DNA of 64,000 nt from Patescibacteria group bacterium (GCA_041666325.1 JBAYHC010000001.1:137708-201707), one strand, 5' to 3'. Shown: positions 43,584 through 52,700, counted from the stretch's first letter. The notes: generated by a model not told the origin, from the sequence alone. Translations and numbers: made by a program.

Positions 43584-45632
43584 TTAGATCAAGCCCTCGA
43601 GTGCGGCGATCTGATCCCTAATCTCGGCCGCACGCTCGAATTCCAGCCGTTCTGCTGCTTCGCGCATGAGTCCTTCGAGCTCGCGAACGACTTTCCTCTT
43701 CTCCTGTGCTGGCAACCCCTTAAAAGAGCGGTTTATTTCTAAGAGCTCTTTTTCTTCCTTCTCAATTTGAGGCTTAAGGGTTTTGGTAATGGTCTGGGGT
43801 GTAACTCCATGTTCCTTGTTGTATCTTTCCTGTAATTTGCGCCTCTCATTGGTCTCATTTATGGCCACCCTCATCGATTCAGTCATCAAATCAGCATACA
43901 TAATTACTTTACCTTCGGAGTGACGGGCCGCGCGACCGATCGTCTGGACGAGCGAGGTGCGGCTGCGCAAGAAACCCTCCTTGTCGGCATCCAGAATCGC
44001 CACAAGCGACACCTCCGGCAGATCGAGTCCCTCGCGCAGCAGATTGATGCCAACCAAAACATCATATTTACCCAAGCGGAGCGAATGCAAAATTTCACTT
44101 CGTTCCAGAGTATCAACGTCAGAGTGAATATAAGAAACCTTAATAAAATTTTCTGTTAGATATTCTGTCAGCTCCTCTGCCATCCTTTTGGTCAGGGTCG
44201 TCACGAGGACACGTTGGCTCCTCTCCACGCGCAACCTTATCTCGCTAATTAGGTCCTTGACCTGACCGGCCGTTTTCCTAACCTCTATCCCGGGATCAAG
44301 CAAGCCGGTTGGACGTATAAATTGACGCACGATACCCTCGCCGAGAACTGATAACGGATTTTCGATTGTGGTGCGACGAGCGTCGGCAACATCCTTCGTC
44401 TCTCGTTCGTCGCTAGGCTTGGTATCGCTCATGCGTAACTCATAGTTACCAGGAGTAGCGGAAACATATATCGTCTGACCTCTCTTCTTGTCAAACTCAT
44501 CAAAACGGAGTGGGCGATTATCAAAAGCAGAGGGCAGACGAAAACCAAAATCGATTAGTTTTTTCTTGCGAGAATAGTCACCAGCATGCATGCCGCCGAT
44601 CTGGGGAATAGTCATGTGTGACTCATCAACAACCAAGAGATAATCCTCGGGAAAGTAATCAAGCAGAGTTGTTGGCGGCTCGCCGGGATTTCTGCGGTCG
44701 AAGTATCGAGAGTAGTTTTCTATACCTGAGCATATTCCCGTCGTCTCGATCATCTCCAGATCATAATTAGTTCGTTGTTCCAACCTCTGCGCCTCTAGCA
44801 ATTTCCCCTCAGAGCGAAGCTCACTCAATCTATTCTCAAGATCGGCTCTTATCTCGCCAAGTGCCACCTTCACTACGCTCTCTGGAGTAATAAAGTGCTT
44901 GGCTGGAAAAACTTCAAACTCAGAAAGCCTACCGATAATCTCGCCGCTTGGCCAAGCAACTTCAGATATTTTCTCGACGACATCACCAAAGAACTCGACC
45001 CTGACCAGATTCTCCGAGTATGCAGGGAAAAGATCGAGAATATCCCCCTTAAGACGAAATGTACCTCGCTTCACCTCCAGGTCGTTGCGCTCGAACTGCT
45101 GTTTGACAAGGCTTGCCAACATATCATCCCGCGGAATAGCCTCCCCGACACGAAAAGTAAAATTAGCCGACTGATAAAACTCAGGTGAACCGATGCCGTA
45201 GATGCAAGAGACGGATGCGACAATAATTACATCGCGCCGAGTCAGAAGCGCGTGAGTCGCGGCGTGGCGCAATCGATCTATTTCATCATTAATAGAGGAA
45301 TCCTTCTCAATATAGGTGTCGGTCGATGGAACATACGCCTCCGGCTGGTAATAGTCATAGTACGAAACGAAATAATGAACTGCATTATCGGGAAATACTT
45401 CCCGAAACTCGTCCGCCAGCTGCGCCGCCAGAGTCTTGTTGTGTGCAATCACAAGGGTGGGTCTTTGCACATTGTTAACGACATTAGCAACCGTAAAAGT
45501 CTTGCCACTGCCGGTCACACCCCACAGGGTTTGATGTTTATTGCCATGAATAAGATTAGCCGTTAGCGCCCTAATCGCCTCCGGCTGATCACCCTTGGGA
45601 GTAAAGTTTGATTTTAATTGAAATTTAGTCAT
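43584..45632 (-). CDS. uvrB: Excinuclease ABC subunit B
   Basis: GVTGSGKTFTVANVV Walker A, helicase motifs and a C-terminal UVR domain. Confidence 0.95.
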   Translation of the reverse strand: MTKFQLKSNFTPKGDQPEAIRALTANLIHGNKHQTLWGVTGSGKTFTVANVVNNVQRPTLVIAHNKTLAAQLADEFREVFPDNAVHYFVSYYDYYQPEAYVPSTDTYIEKDSSINDEIDRLRHAATHALLTRRDVIIVASVSCIYGIGSPEFYQSANFTFRVGEAIPRDDMLASLVKQQFERNDLEVKRGTFRLKGDILDLFPAYSENLVRVEFFGDVVEKISEVAWPSGEIIGRLSEFEVFPAKHFITPESVVKVALGEIRADLENRLSELRSEGKLLEAQRLEQRTNYDLEMIETTGICSGIENYSRYFDRRNPGEPPTTLLDYFPEDYLLVVDESHMTIPQIGGMHAGDYSRKKKLIDFGFRLPSAFDNRPLRFDEFDKKRGQTIYVSATPGNYELRMSDTKPSDERETKDVADARRTTIENPLSVLGEGIVRQFIRPTGLLDPGIEVRKTAGQVKDLISEIRLRVERSQRVLVTTLTKRMAEELTEYLTENFIKVSYIHSDVDTLERSEILHSLRLGKYDVLVGINLLREGLDLPEVSLVAILDADKEGFLRSRTSLVQTIGRAARHSEGKVIMYADLMTESMRVAINETNERRKLQERYNKEHGVTPQTITKTLKPQIEKEEKELLEINRSFKGLPAQEKRKVVRELEGLMREAAERLEFERAAEIRDQIAALEGLI

Positions 45633-45877
45633 GGGCTGAAACTTTATTGGGAAAAGCAGTAATGAAGTGAGGCGATAATGCGGTAAGCTGCAAGGACGGT
45701 TACCATCCCCACGACATTACAGCCATACTGCCCTACTGCTTTATTGCCAAATTTTGCCTTTTCATTTTGAATATCTATTATATGTGGATAACTCCGTTGC
45801 GTCAACGGTTAGCGCCATGATATATCTTGACTAAGTCTGGTACCGACCTTGAATGCCTACGTGTACGAGCCCGCCCG

Positions 45878-45905
45878 GAGGAGGGGGCTCGTTTTTGTAC
45901 TTGAG
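45878..45905 (+). terminator. Hairpin GAGCCC-N11-GGGCTC plus GTTTTT; terminator or attenuator-like
   Basis: Read directly. Confidence 0.4.
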
Positions 45906-45947
45906 AACCTTGACGTGCATCTCGCCACTCATCCATTGACACATAAG

Positions 45948-45980
45948 CCACGGCCATGTTATAAAAGTAGTTATATCTCA
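45948..45980 (+). promoter_or_regulatory. Sigma70-like promoter TTGACA-18-TATAAA at the head of a GC-rich island
   Basis: Read directly. Confidence 0.45.
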
Positions 45981-46126
45981 CTACGCGGGGCCTGCCACAT
46001 GGCCCCCAAGGAGGACACAACCTTGCGGAAATTCGGACAGATCAAGCCGAGTTCGAACGCGGCGCAACGGTGCCACTGGGCCCGCCCCTACTTCAAGCCT
46101 CTACGTGAACATGTGGGGGCAACCCA

Positions 46127-46340
46127 CATGGAATGTGGTGTGATGAGCCACACCGAAGAGTCGGTCAAGACAGTCGCCGCCGAGCGCGGCAGCTTCCGGT
46201 TGAAGGAGAACACCTCCATCGACTGGGAGAGAGTCATGGCCCACGCAGCCGCCAGTCACGCAAGACACAGGGTGGCCAGTGTCCGTATCGCAGAAACACT
46301 GGAAGAGCCGCTCGCCCGAGTGGCATCCGCCGGCACATAG
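46127..46340 (+). CDS. Possible small protein (70 aa) on a GC-rich island, followed by a terminator at 46385-46412
   Basis: MECGVMSHTEESVKTVAAERGSFRLKENTSIDWERVMAHAAASHARHRVASVRIAETLEEPLARVASAGT. The overlapping opposite-strand ORF looks like an antisense artefact. Confidence 0.3.
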
Positions 46341-46384
46341 CCGGCACCGCAAGTTGCTGATTGCCACCTCCCCGGTGGCACCCA

Positions 46385-46412
46385 GAGCCGACGCCCGTCG
46401 GCTCGTTTTTAT
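46385..46412 (+). terminator. Rho-independent terminator GAGCCGACG-CC-CGTCGGCTC plus TTTTTATT
   Basis: Read directly. Confidence 0.6.
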
Positions 46413-46429
46413 TCTCCCCCTTCTACTTT

Positions 46430-47146
46430 CTACCTAAATAGATCTGGTCTTTTTTTCTTTGTCCTCTCTTTGGCTTGCTCAAGCCGCCACTTTGCAATCT
46501 CAGAATGATTGCCTGACTTTAGTACTTCTGGCACGAGTGATCCCTTGTATTCATCGGGGCGAGTATAAACCGGATACTCCAGAAGCAGGTGACCATCTTC
46601 ATCCCTCAAATTAAAACTCTCATCTGAAAATGATTCATCCTTACCCAAAACACCCGACACAAGACGCGATGTGGCATCAACAATCGCCATTGCCGCAATT
46701 TCTCCTCCCGTAAGAACGAAGTCGCCCAGCGAAATCTCCTCATCAACCAGGTTCTGTCTGATCCGTTCATCAAAACCCTCATAGTGTCCACAAACCAAGA
46801 TGATATCAGACATCTTTGATAACTCCTCTGCCTTTTTCTGATTGAACGGTTGCCCCTGTGGCGTCATCAAAACAGTTCTTCGCAGTTCGTAATCAGGAGT
46901 TCTCACATCACCTTTGATCGCGTTTAGAGCGCTATCCATGACGTCGACTTTTAGCACCATGCCTGGACCACCGCCATAAGGCGTATCATCAACAGTTTTA
47001 TGTTTATCAAGCGCAAAATCACGCAGATTGTAGAGTTTAATTGCGATTGAATCGTTTTGCTGCGCACGCTTCAAAATGCTCTCAGAGAAGGGACTCTGAA
47101 ACATTTCGGGAAAAAGCGTTAAGATGTGGAAAGTAATCTTTGCCAT
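46430..47146 (-). CDS. trmD: tRNA (guanine37-N1)-methyltransferase
   Basis: ITFHILTLFPEMF...DDTPYGGGPGMVLK (SPOUT knot). The ORF-track start at 47179 is probably 11 codons too long. Confidence 0.9.
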   Translation of the reverse strand: MAKITFHILTLFPEMFQSPFSESILKRAQQNDSIAIKLYNLRDFALDKHKTVDDTPYGGGPGMVLKVDVMDSALNAIKGDVRTPDYELRRTVLMTPQGQPFNQKKAEELSKMSDIILVCGHYEGFDERIRQNLVDEEISLGDFVLTGGEIAAMAIVDATSRLVSGVLGKDESFSDESFNLRDEDGHLLLEYPVYTRPDEYKGSLVPEVLKSGNHSEIAKWRLEQAKERTKKKRPDLFR

Positions 47147-47241
47147 ATATTTTGACCTCAGACACAAAGAAATCGCCATGCATCAATTCATTAGAATAGA
47201 GCTGTGGCGACTCCTTTACTTTTAGTTTGTTGTTTAGCGAA

Positions 47242-47583
47242 CTAGGCTAGAACATCTTCTGGGACGTCATCAAGAGCATCATCGGAAACCTGAGAGCTGC
47301 TTCTGGCGACATGTTCACTACCCTCTGGCTCGACGATCTTCAGGTTAACGCGAGCGTTGTTTTTTGCACCAAGGACTCGAAGAAGGGTTCTAATGGCCTT
47401 AGCAGTCTTGCCATCTTTGCCGATAATTTTCCCCATATCAGATGGATCTACAGTCAATTTAATCAGAACACCCATTTCATCAATCGTTCTTTCAGTCGAA
47501 ACCTTATCAGGATTATCAACGATTGCCCTAACAACATCCTCGACAAACTGTTGATCTTGTTCCATCTTCTCGTCTTTGTCCAT
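47242..47583 (-). CDS. KH-domain RNA-binding protein (YlqC/UPF0109-like)
   Basis: KH GXXG loop IGKDGKTAKAIRTLL. It sits between rpsP and trmD, as in the rpsP operon. Confidence 0.75.
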   Translation of the reverse strand: MDKDEKMEQDQQFVEDVVRAIVDNPDKVSTERTIDEMGVLIKLTVDPSDMGKIIGKDGKTAKAIRTLLRVLGAKNNARVNLKIVEPEGSEHVARSSSQVSDDALDDVPEDVLA

Positions 47584-47689
47584 AGCTTATCCTTTCTGTA
47601 ACACTGACAATGTAGATTTGCAGTGTACTTTACTTCTCTCTACCAATTCTAACGCCAACTCTTTCTTTTTTCAAGCAGATTACAAGTTC

Positions 47690-47998
47690 CTAAGCAGCTT
47701 CTTTTTGTGCTTTTTTGGATTGAGGTTTGCCGTAAACCTTCGCTACTTTCGCCTCTTTAGGAAAATAGCCTAGATCAACCATCAAGTTTTTGACAGTATC
47801 GGAAGGCTGAGCACCACGCCCCAACCAAAAAACAGCCCGTTCTTGATCGATTACAAGATCCTTGGGCTTTCTTGTTGGATTATAATGGCCTAAGATTTCG
47901 ATAAATTTACCCTTAACGGCCCTGGTTTTTTCCGCGACAACAACGCGATAAGCTGGACTGTTTTTCTTGCCAACTCTAGTGAGTCGAATTGCGAGCAT
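47690..47998 (-). CDS. rpsP: 30S ribosomal protein S16
   Basis: MLAIRLTRVGKKNSPAYRVVVAEKTRAVKGKFIEILGHYNP... Confidence 0.95.
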   Translation of the reverse strand: MLAIRLTRVGKKNSPAYRVVVAEKTRAVKGKFIEILGHYNPTRKPKDLVIDQERAVFWLGRGAQPSDTVKNLMVDLGYFPKEAKVAKVYGKPQSKKAQKEAA

Positions 47999-48057
47999 CT
48001 TTCTCCTTTGATTTTCAGCTGCACTGAATTACAAATTCTATACGTTAGTTTAGCAAT

Positions 48058-49383
48058 TTAATCTCTAAATGTCAACTCTGTACGATAGCCTCTTTTGAAA
48101 TCTTCATAGCTCATTTCTTTTTTGCCTTCGGGCTTGACTACATCAATGACCAGTCCAGCTGCTTCAGCCATGTGAGCAGACAGTATTTGCACTCTTTTGT
48201 CCTTAACTATGGTATAGACCTTGGGCCAATCATGGAACGCCCTGATCATCCTCTCAACATCTCGAGCCGAAGTATTGGCATTGACACAACCGTCATCCTT
48301 CTTGATCATCTTGGTATATGTAGCTTTCTTTTCGTTCTGCATGGTCGGCTTAAGCTCGCCGGCAATATAGTATGGCAACGAATCAAGGAGTAATGTCGCG
48401 CCTATATCGGAAAGATAGTCCTTAAGAATCGTTGACGTTTCACCACCCGATAGCTCGACTGCAACTTGGGAGATGATATCGCCCGCATCCAGTTCTTCGC
48501 TTGCCAGCATTAGTGATACCCCTGCCAATTTATCACCATTCAAAATTGTATACTGCACTGGGGCGGGCCCGCGATATCGGGGCAAAAGAGAGGGGTGAAT
48601 ATTAATAACTCCATATTTAGGCAAGCGCAGCAATTCAGGTGGAATTATCTGGCCAAAGTCAGCCATGATGATAATCTCCGGTTTCCATTTCCTGATTTCC
48701 TGGACAATGTTCCCTTCACGGATCTTCTCGGTGCGAATGATCGGCAAGTGTAAATTATGAGCAATCTCGAATATTGCGTTTGTTTCTCTTTCCTCGCCTC
48801 GAATATGAGCCTTGGCATCCCCGGTAACAACGCCGACAATATCGTATTGCTGATCAGTAATAAGCGACTGTAGGGCTGGGGCCCCAAGCGTTCCAGTGCC
48901 TATAAAAACAGTTCTAACTTCCTTAAGATGGTCAACGATCAATGTTGCGTTCAGGTGGTCTGTTTCGTGCTGTAGAACGCGAGCGTGAACACCTTCTACC
49001 TCAAGCGTGATATTCTTACCGTATCGATCCTGTCCTACAACTGTTGCTTTGTCAGGGCGTTTAACCAATATTTCCCTACCAGGAACAGACAGACACCCCT
49101 CAACCATCGCTCTCTGACGACTCGAGTTCTTAACAACTTTTGGATTGCAGACTACTGTGAGTGGAAAACCAGTCAATACAGAATCTTTCTCTGGGATAAA
49201 CTCGGCTACGAAAACGCTCTTCGAGACCCCGACTTGGGGTGCCGCCAAACCAACACCATCGTTGGCTCGCATAGTCTCAATCATATTGTCTATCAGCTGC
49301 TGAAGATCAAAATCAAAATCAGTCACAACCGCAGCTGGCTGGCGCAATATCGGATCGCCTTCTTTTTTGATCGGTAATATCAT
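48058..49383 (-). CDS. def-fmt: Fused peptide deformylase / methionyl-tRNA formyltransferase (def-fmt in a single 441-aa ORF)
   Basis: N-terminal Def motifs GVGLAAPQVG, EGCLSVPG and HETDHL. This is followed in frame by Fmt motifs VFIGTGTLGAPAL and HPSLLPRYRGPAPVQ. Confidence 0.85.
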   Translation of the reverse strand: MILPIKKEGDPILRQPAAVVTDFDFDLQQLIDNMIETMRANDGVGLAAPQVGVSKSVFVAEFIPEKDSVLTGFPLTVVCNPKVVKNSSRQRAMVEGCLSVPGREILVKRPDKATVVGQDRYGKNITLEVEGVHARVLQHETDHLNATLIVDHLKEVRTVFIGTGTLGAPALQSLITDQQYDIVGVVTGDAKAHIRGEERETNAIFEIAHNLHLPIIRTEKIREGNIVQEIRKWKPEIIIMADFGQIIPPELLRLPKYGVINIHPSLLPRYRGPAPVQYTILNGDKLAGVSLMLASEELDAGDIISQVAVELSGGETSTILKDYLSDIGATLLLDSLPYYIAGELKPTMQNEKKATYTKMIKKDDGCVNANTSARDVERMIRAFHDWPKVYTIVKDKRVQILSAHMAEAAGLVIDVVKPEGKKEMSYEDFKRGYRTELTFRD

Positions 49384-49444
49384 AAATTAGATTAATTGTA
49401 CTCGATTTTGCCTCAAAATTCAAAGGCCAATCAGAACAAAAAAA

Positions 49445-49485
49445 CACTACCCGCTGGCTCTCACAATATGGGTAGTGTTCGGACA
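49445..49485 (-). terminator. Rho-independent terminator overlapping the RT stop codon (CACTACCC...GGGTAGTG plus TTTTTTTG)
   Basis: Read on the minus strand. It isolates the RT from the downstream def-fmt gene. Confidence 0.7.
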
Positions 49486-50438
49486 TCTATCAAAACCGGA
49501 TGATCAACCGGATTTCGGGATAGCTTTCGCCCTGGTGATTCGGACTGAATCAGGAAGAAGCGCGCCCGGTACTGGTCGTAAAGGCTGATCAATTCTTTTT
49601 CGAGACGGCTTTGGGGTCTTCTTTTCCCCGTGAAGGCAAAGAAGGTACTCATTGAGCCGGAGATCACATTGTGTTTAGGGTGAGATTCCCCCAGCGCCTG
49701 CCGCAACATGCAACAGAGCTCTTTAACCTTCGAGCGCTTAAGAAAGGTCGTTCCATCAGGGTGAATACCAATACCATTAATGAATACGTCACCCTTCTTG
49801 AGATCTAACACCTGGCATTTGTGACAACTCAGTCGAAAACCCACTGAGCGAATGGCTGCTGCCAAAGTCGCTCTCTTTCTCCTACCAACAGGGAACCTGG
49901 AGGAGAAGAGCAAATCATCGGCGAATCGAGTGTAGTGAAGACGGTATTTCTGGCACAGCGTCCGGATAGCCGGGTCGAGATGAACCTTCAAATACAACTC
50001 AAACCAATAGTTTGAGGCAGGGGCCCCAACTACCAGTCCTCCATTTCTGTGCAGGCAATAACGCTGAAGAAAAGTCAAAACCTCTTCTTGCTTGCCCGTA
50101 TACTGCGGGTCAACATCACAAATAGTCTCTGCCAATTTTGTGCCGTCAATACTCTCAAAGGCGCTGGCGATGTCCATCGAGACATAGTAACGGTTCCCGA
50201 GACGAAGATGTGTTCGCAGCAGCGCTGGCGCCGATGACATCTTGACTGAACCGAAACGAACTGCCCAATACGGCCGCCGCCACAGTCTGCGAATGTACCT
50301 CTTGATCTCCGCATGAACTCGACGCATCGTATCATTCGGCTCACCGATCGTTCGCCATTTCTTTCGTCCACTGATCGGATTGACCGCCAGTTTACGAAAG
50401 AAGCGGAAGGTTGGTTCCTCCCGCTGTGTTTTCGGCAT
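49461..50438 (-). CDS. Stand-alone reverse transcriptase (325 aa; retron, DGR or DRT-like, with no maturase or other fused domain)
   Basis: RT motifs are present: KKWRTIGEPNDTMRRVHAEIKRYI (motif 1), YYVSMDIASAFESI (motif 2), GLVVGAPASNYWFELYL (motifs 3-4), RFADDLLF (the YxDD catalytic box) and VFINGIGI (motifs 6-7). Confidence 0.9.
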   Translation of the reverse strand: MPKTQREEPTFRFFRKLAVNPISGRKKWRTIGEPNDTMRRVHAEIKRYIRRLWRRPYWAVRFGSVKMSSAPALLRTHLRLGNRYYVSMDIASAFESIDGTKLAETICDVDPQYTGKQEEVLTFLQRYCLHRNGGLVVGAPASNYWFELYLKVHLDPAIRTLCQKYRLHYTRFADDLLFSSRFPVGRRKRATLAAAIRSVGFRLSCHKCQVLDLKKGDVFINGIGIHPDGTTFLKRSKVKELCCMLRQALGESHPKHNVISGSMSTFFAFTGKRRPQSRLEKELISLYDQYRARFFLIQSESPGRKLSRNPVDHPVLIDVRTLPIL

Positions 50439-50705
50439 CGTGCCGCCCCTTTCTTTCAGCGAACCCGGAGGGGTGGTTTTTTGGAGCCTCCATAGGCTAC
50501 CTCGAACTCTCTAGCTGAGTTTGCGCTTCTCTGAGAAAAAGCACACAGGAAAAAGATTCCTGCGTCTCGGTAAGCTCGTGTCCGAGCCTCCCTCCCTCTG
50601 CCTACGCAAAGGGTTGTGCTTTGGCGCTGTAAGGAACTCCAAAACCTTCCCCTCCAGGTTGCAGCCTGGCCCACACATGAACCAGGCGCCAAGCCCGCTT
50701 ACAGA
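50439..50705 (-). ncRNA. Candidate structured ncRNA of about 265 nt transcribed with the RT (retron msr-msd-like, DRT ncRNA-like, or DGR template region)
   Basis: A dedicated promoter lies just upstream. The region is GC-rich relative to the backbone and abuts the RT ATG. No credible protein is encoded, yet three overlapping 64-78-codon stop-free frames are present. Confidence 0.45.
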
Positions 50706-50708
50706 CGC

Positions 50709-50736
50709 ACTATAGCACATGATGACGACTATTCAA
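50709..50736 (-). promoter_or_regulatory. Sigma70-like promoter (TTGAAT-16-TATAGT) driving the ncRNA-RT unit
   Basis: Read on the minus strand, just after the galE stop. Confidence 0.5.
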
Positions 50737-50749
50737 GGGCAAAAATCTT

Positions 50750-51937
50750 TTAAGCAGAAGCAACTGCAGGATTTGGACCGGCCGCATATCCCTCAGGGTG
50801 TTTCGAGTGCCAATCCCAGGCCGTTTTGGCCATATTGCTGAGATCATGGCTGGCTTTCCAGCCCAGAACTGTTCCAGCCCGGGAGGGGTCACAATATGAG
50901 ACTGCGGGATCCCCTGAACGGCGAGAGACAACTTTGTAATTCACCTTTTTTCCACTCGCGCTCTCGGCTTCTCTAATAACGTCAAAAACAGAATAACCCT
51001 TCCCGTTCCCCAGATTGAAGACATTGCTTGCATTGTTTTGCGTTAAATACCTAAGAGCAGCGATGTGACCAGTAGCGAGATCAAGCGGATGAATATAATC
51101 ACGAATGCAAGTACCATCTTCAGTCGGGTAATCGTCACCGAAGACAGAGAGTTCCGCGGTTCTGCCAAGAATATTCCAAAAACACAAAGTCATCAGAGTC
51201 GTGGGCTTGGGTTTGTCTTCTCCTATCTCACCATTTTCGCCCGCACCGCAAACATTGAAATATCGCAGTGCGACAGATTTGACGCCATAGAGATTATCAT
51301 ACTTTTTCATCAATATTTCGTCCAAGAGCTTAGTCAAGCCATAGACAGATGCCGGAATACGAAGTTTTGTTATCTCTTCATCGGTCAGTGCCAGTTCTTC
51401 ACGGTCTATGACCAGTTCGCGATAATAATCAATAATTTTCTCAAAGAATCTCTCGCCTGACACATCTTTTCCATCCCACTTGCCGGGAAGAAGTGCTGAT
51501 TTTTCCGGCTTGAATGTGGCTTGATAATCCTCCCTAAGAGGAAAATCGCTCTCATGCAGCGGATCGCCATACGTAGAGGCAGTTGAAGACTTGATGACAT
51601 ATTTACAACCGTGCTTTACCATCACGTCAAGCAAACCAATGAAATTCTCTACATTGTTTTTCATGTAGCGAAGAGGATCCTCCATTGATTCGCCCACAGC
51701 CAGATAAGCAGCAAAATCAATAACAGCGACAGGCTTGTATTGCTGAAAAACTTTACTCACTCCGGAGGAGTCTGCAATATTAATGACTTCAAGAACTGCT
51801 CGCGTATCTATTGCTTCCCGGTGACCATTTTCAAGGCTATCGATAACGACAACCTTGTACCCCTCGTCCAATAATTGCCTTACAGTAAAGCCACCAATAT
51901 ATCCAGCACCACCAGTAACAAGAATTGTTTGAGACAT
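50750..51937 (-). CDS. galE: UDP-glucose 4-epimerase-like NAD-dependent epimerase with an insertion of about 50 aa
   Basis: TGGAGYIGGF Rossmann motif, a YGxxK catalytic region and the C-terminal YPTEDGTCIRDYIH block. An extra segment lies between the substrate-binding Ser and the Tyr motifs. Confidence 0.8.
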   Translation of the reverse strand: MSQTILVTGGAGYIGGFTVRQLLDEGYKVVVIDSLENGHREAIDTRAVLEVINIADSSGVSKVFQQYKPVAVIDFAAYLAVGESMEDPLRYMKNNVENFIGLLDVMVKHGCKYVIKSSTASTYGDPLHESDFPLREDYQATFKPEKSALLPGKWDGKDVSGERFFEKIIDYYRELVIDREELALTDEEITKLRIPASVYGLTKLLDEILMKKYDNLYGVKSVALRYFNVCGAGENGEIGEDKPKPTTLMTLCFWNILGRTAELSVFGDDYPTEDGTCIRDYIHPLDLATGHIAALRYLTQNNASNVFNLGNGKGYSVFDVIREAESASGKKVNYKVVSRRSGDPAVSYCDPSRAGTVLGWKASHDLSNMAKTAWDWHSKHPEGYAAGPNPAVASA

Positions 51938-52014
51938 AGTACTCCTTAAAGTATTACTTACTTCCTAGAATACAAAAAGGGCTGGCAAATTGCCAGCACC
52001 AACGAATCTATCAA

Positions 52015-52289
52015 TTAACACAGATAGGCACGGTCAGGGCCAACCGGCAGGAAAACCCTTTTTTGACGATGGGATTCGACAAAAACATGGGTATAACCAC
52101 ACCCAGGACAACATGCATCCCAACCAAAAACTATGTCTGGGGATGTGGTCGAAGGATCAACATTTTGTCTTGATGTTGGATCGTTCGGCTCAATTTCGAA
52201 CACCCTCCCACACCTCGGACAGCTAACATTTTCTCCCCCAGGAGGGAATCGATCATACCGAGGCGGCACTCTACTCTCCAGCCGACTCA
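52015..52289 (-). CDS. Hypothetical small Cys-rich (zinc-ribbon-like) protein of about 91 aa; its start overlaps the upstream gene stop (translational coupling)
   Basis: MSRLESRVPPRYDRFPPGGENVSCPRCGRVFEIEPND...WDACCPGCGYTHVF. Confidence 0.35.
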
Positions 52290-52610
52290 TATTTGTTGTA
52301 CCACTCGCCAGACAGGTACCGGACCAACCCATCTGGCTTCTCGGACTCTCTTCGAATCCAGTCCGCCAGCTCAATGTCTCCAGGCATGCTGCCAGCAGGA
52401 CAACCGCAGCTAGACGGGTTAAGAGCAGCCGAATGCGGGCCACCGCCACTAACGCTCATCATAGATGGCGCCACAACATTTGCCAGAAAAACAGTACCGC
52501 CAACATTTATCTCCCTCAGATACCTTTGTGCATAAACCTGAAAAGCAACGGGGGTCTGAGGAAGATCCTCTTTGGTAACAATGATCACGCTAGCACAACA
52601 TGACTTCATG
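52271..52610 (-). CDS. Hypothetical Cys-rich protein (about 112 aa) with a strong RBS (AGGGAG)
   Basis: MKSCCASVIIVTKEDLPQTPVAFQVYAQRYL...GGGPHSAALNPSSCGCPAGSMPGDIELADW. No confident family. Confidence 0.45.
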
Positions 52611-52700
52611 GTACATCTCCCTCTTGCCATGAATTGGCGCAATCAAGTTAACACAAAAAAACAAAATATACAATTTCCACAAACGTAAAATAGTACCAAA

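Noticed and set aside
45849-46400. Possible tmRNA, SRP RNA or RNase P RNA in the GC-rich uvrB-trmD spacer
   Set aside because: I found no tRNA-like T-arm plus acceptor end, no P4 motifs and no GGAAGCAGC SRP motif. The real rnpB lies at 60.3-60.8 kb.
50456-50720. Small proteins (64-78 aa) encoded in the region upstream of the RT
   Set aside because: The products are Arg-rich and low-complexity, overlap each other in three frames and lack RBSs. I interpret them as stop-codon depletion of a structured or template RNA, not as genes.
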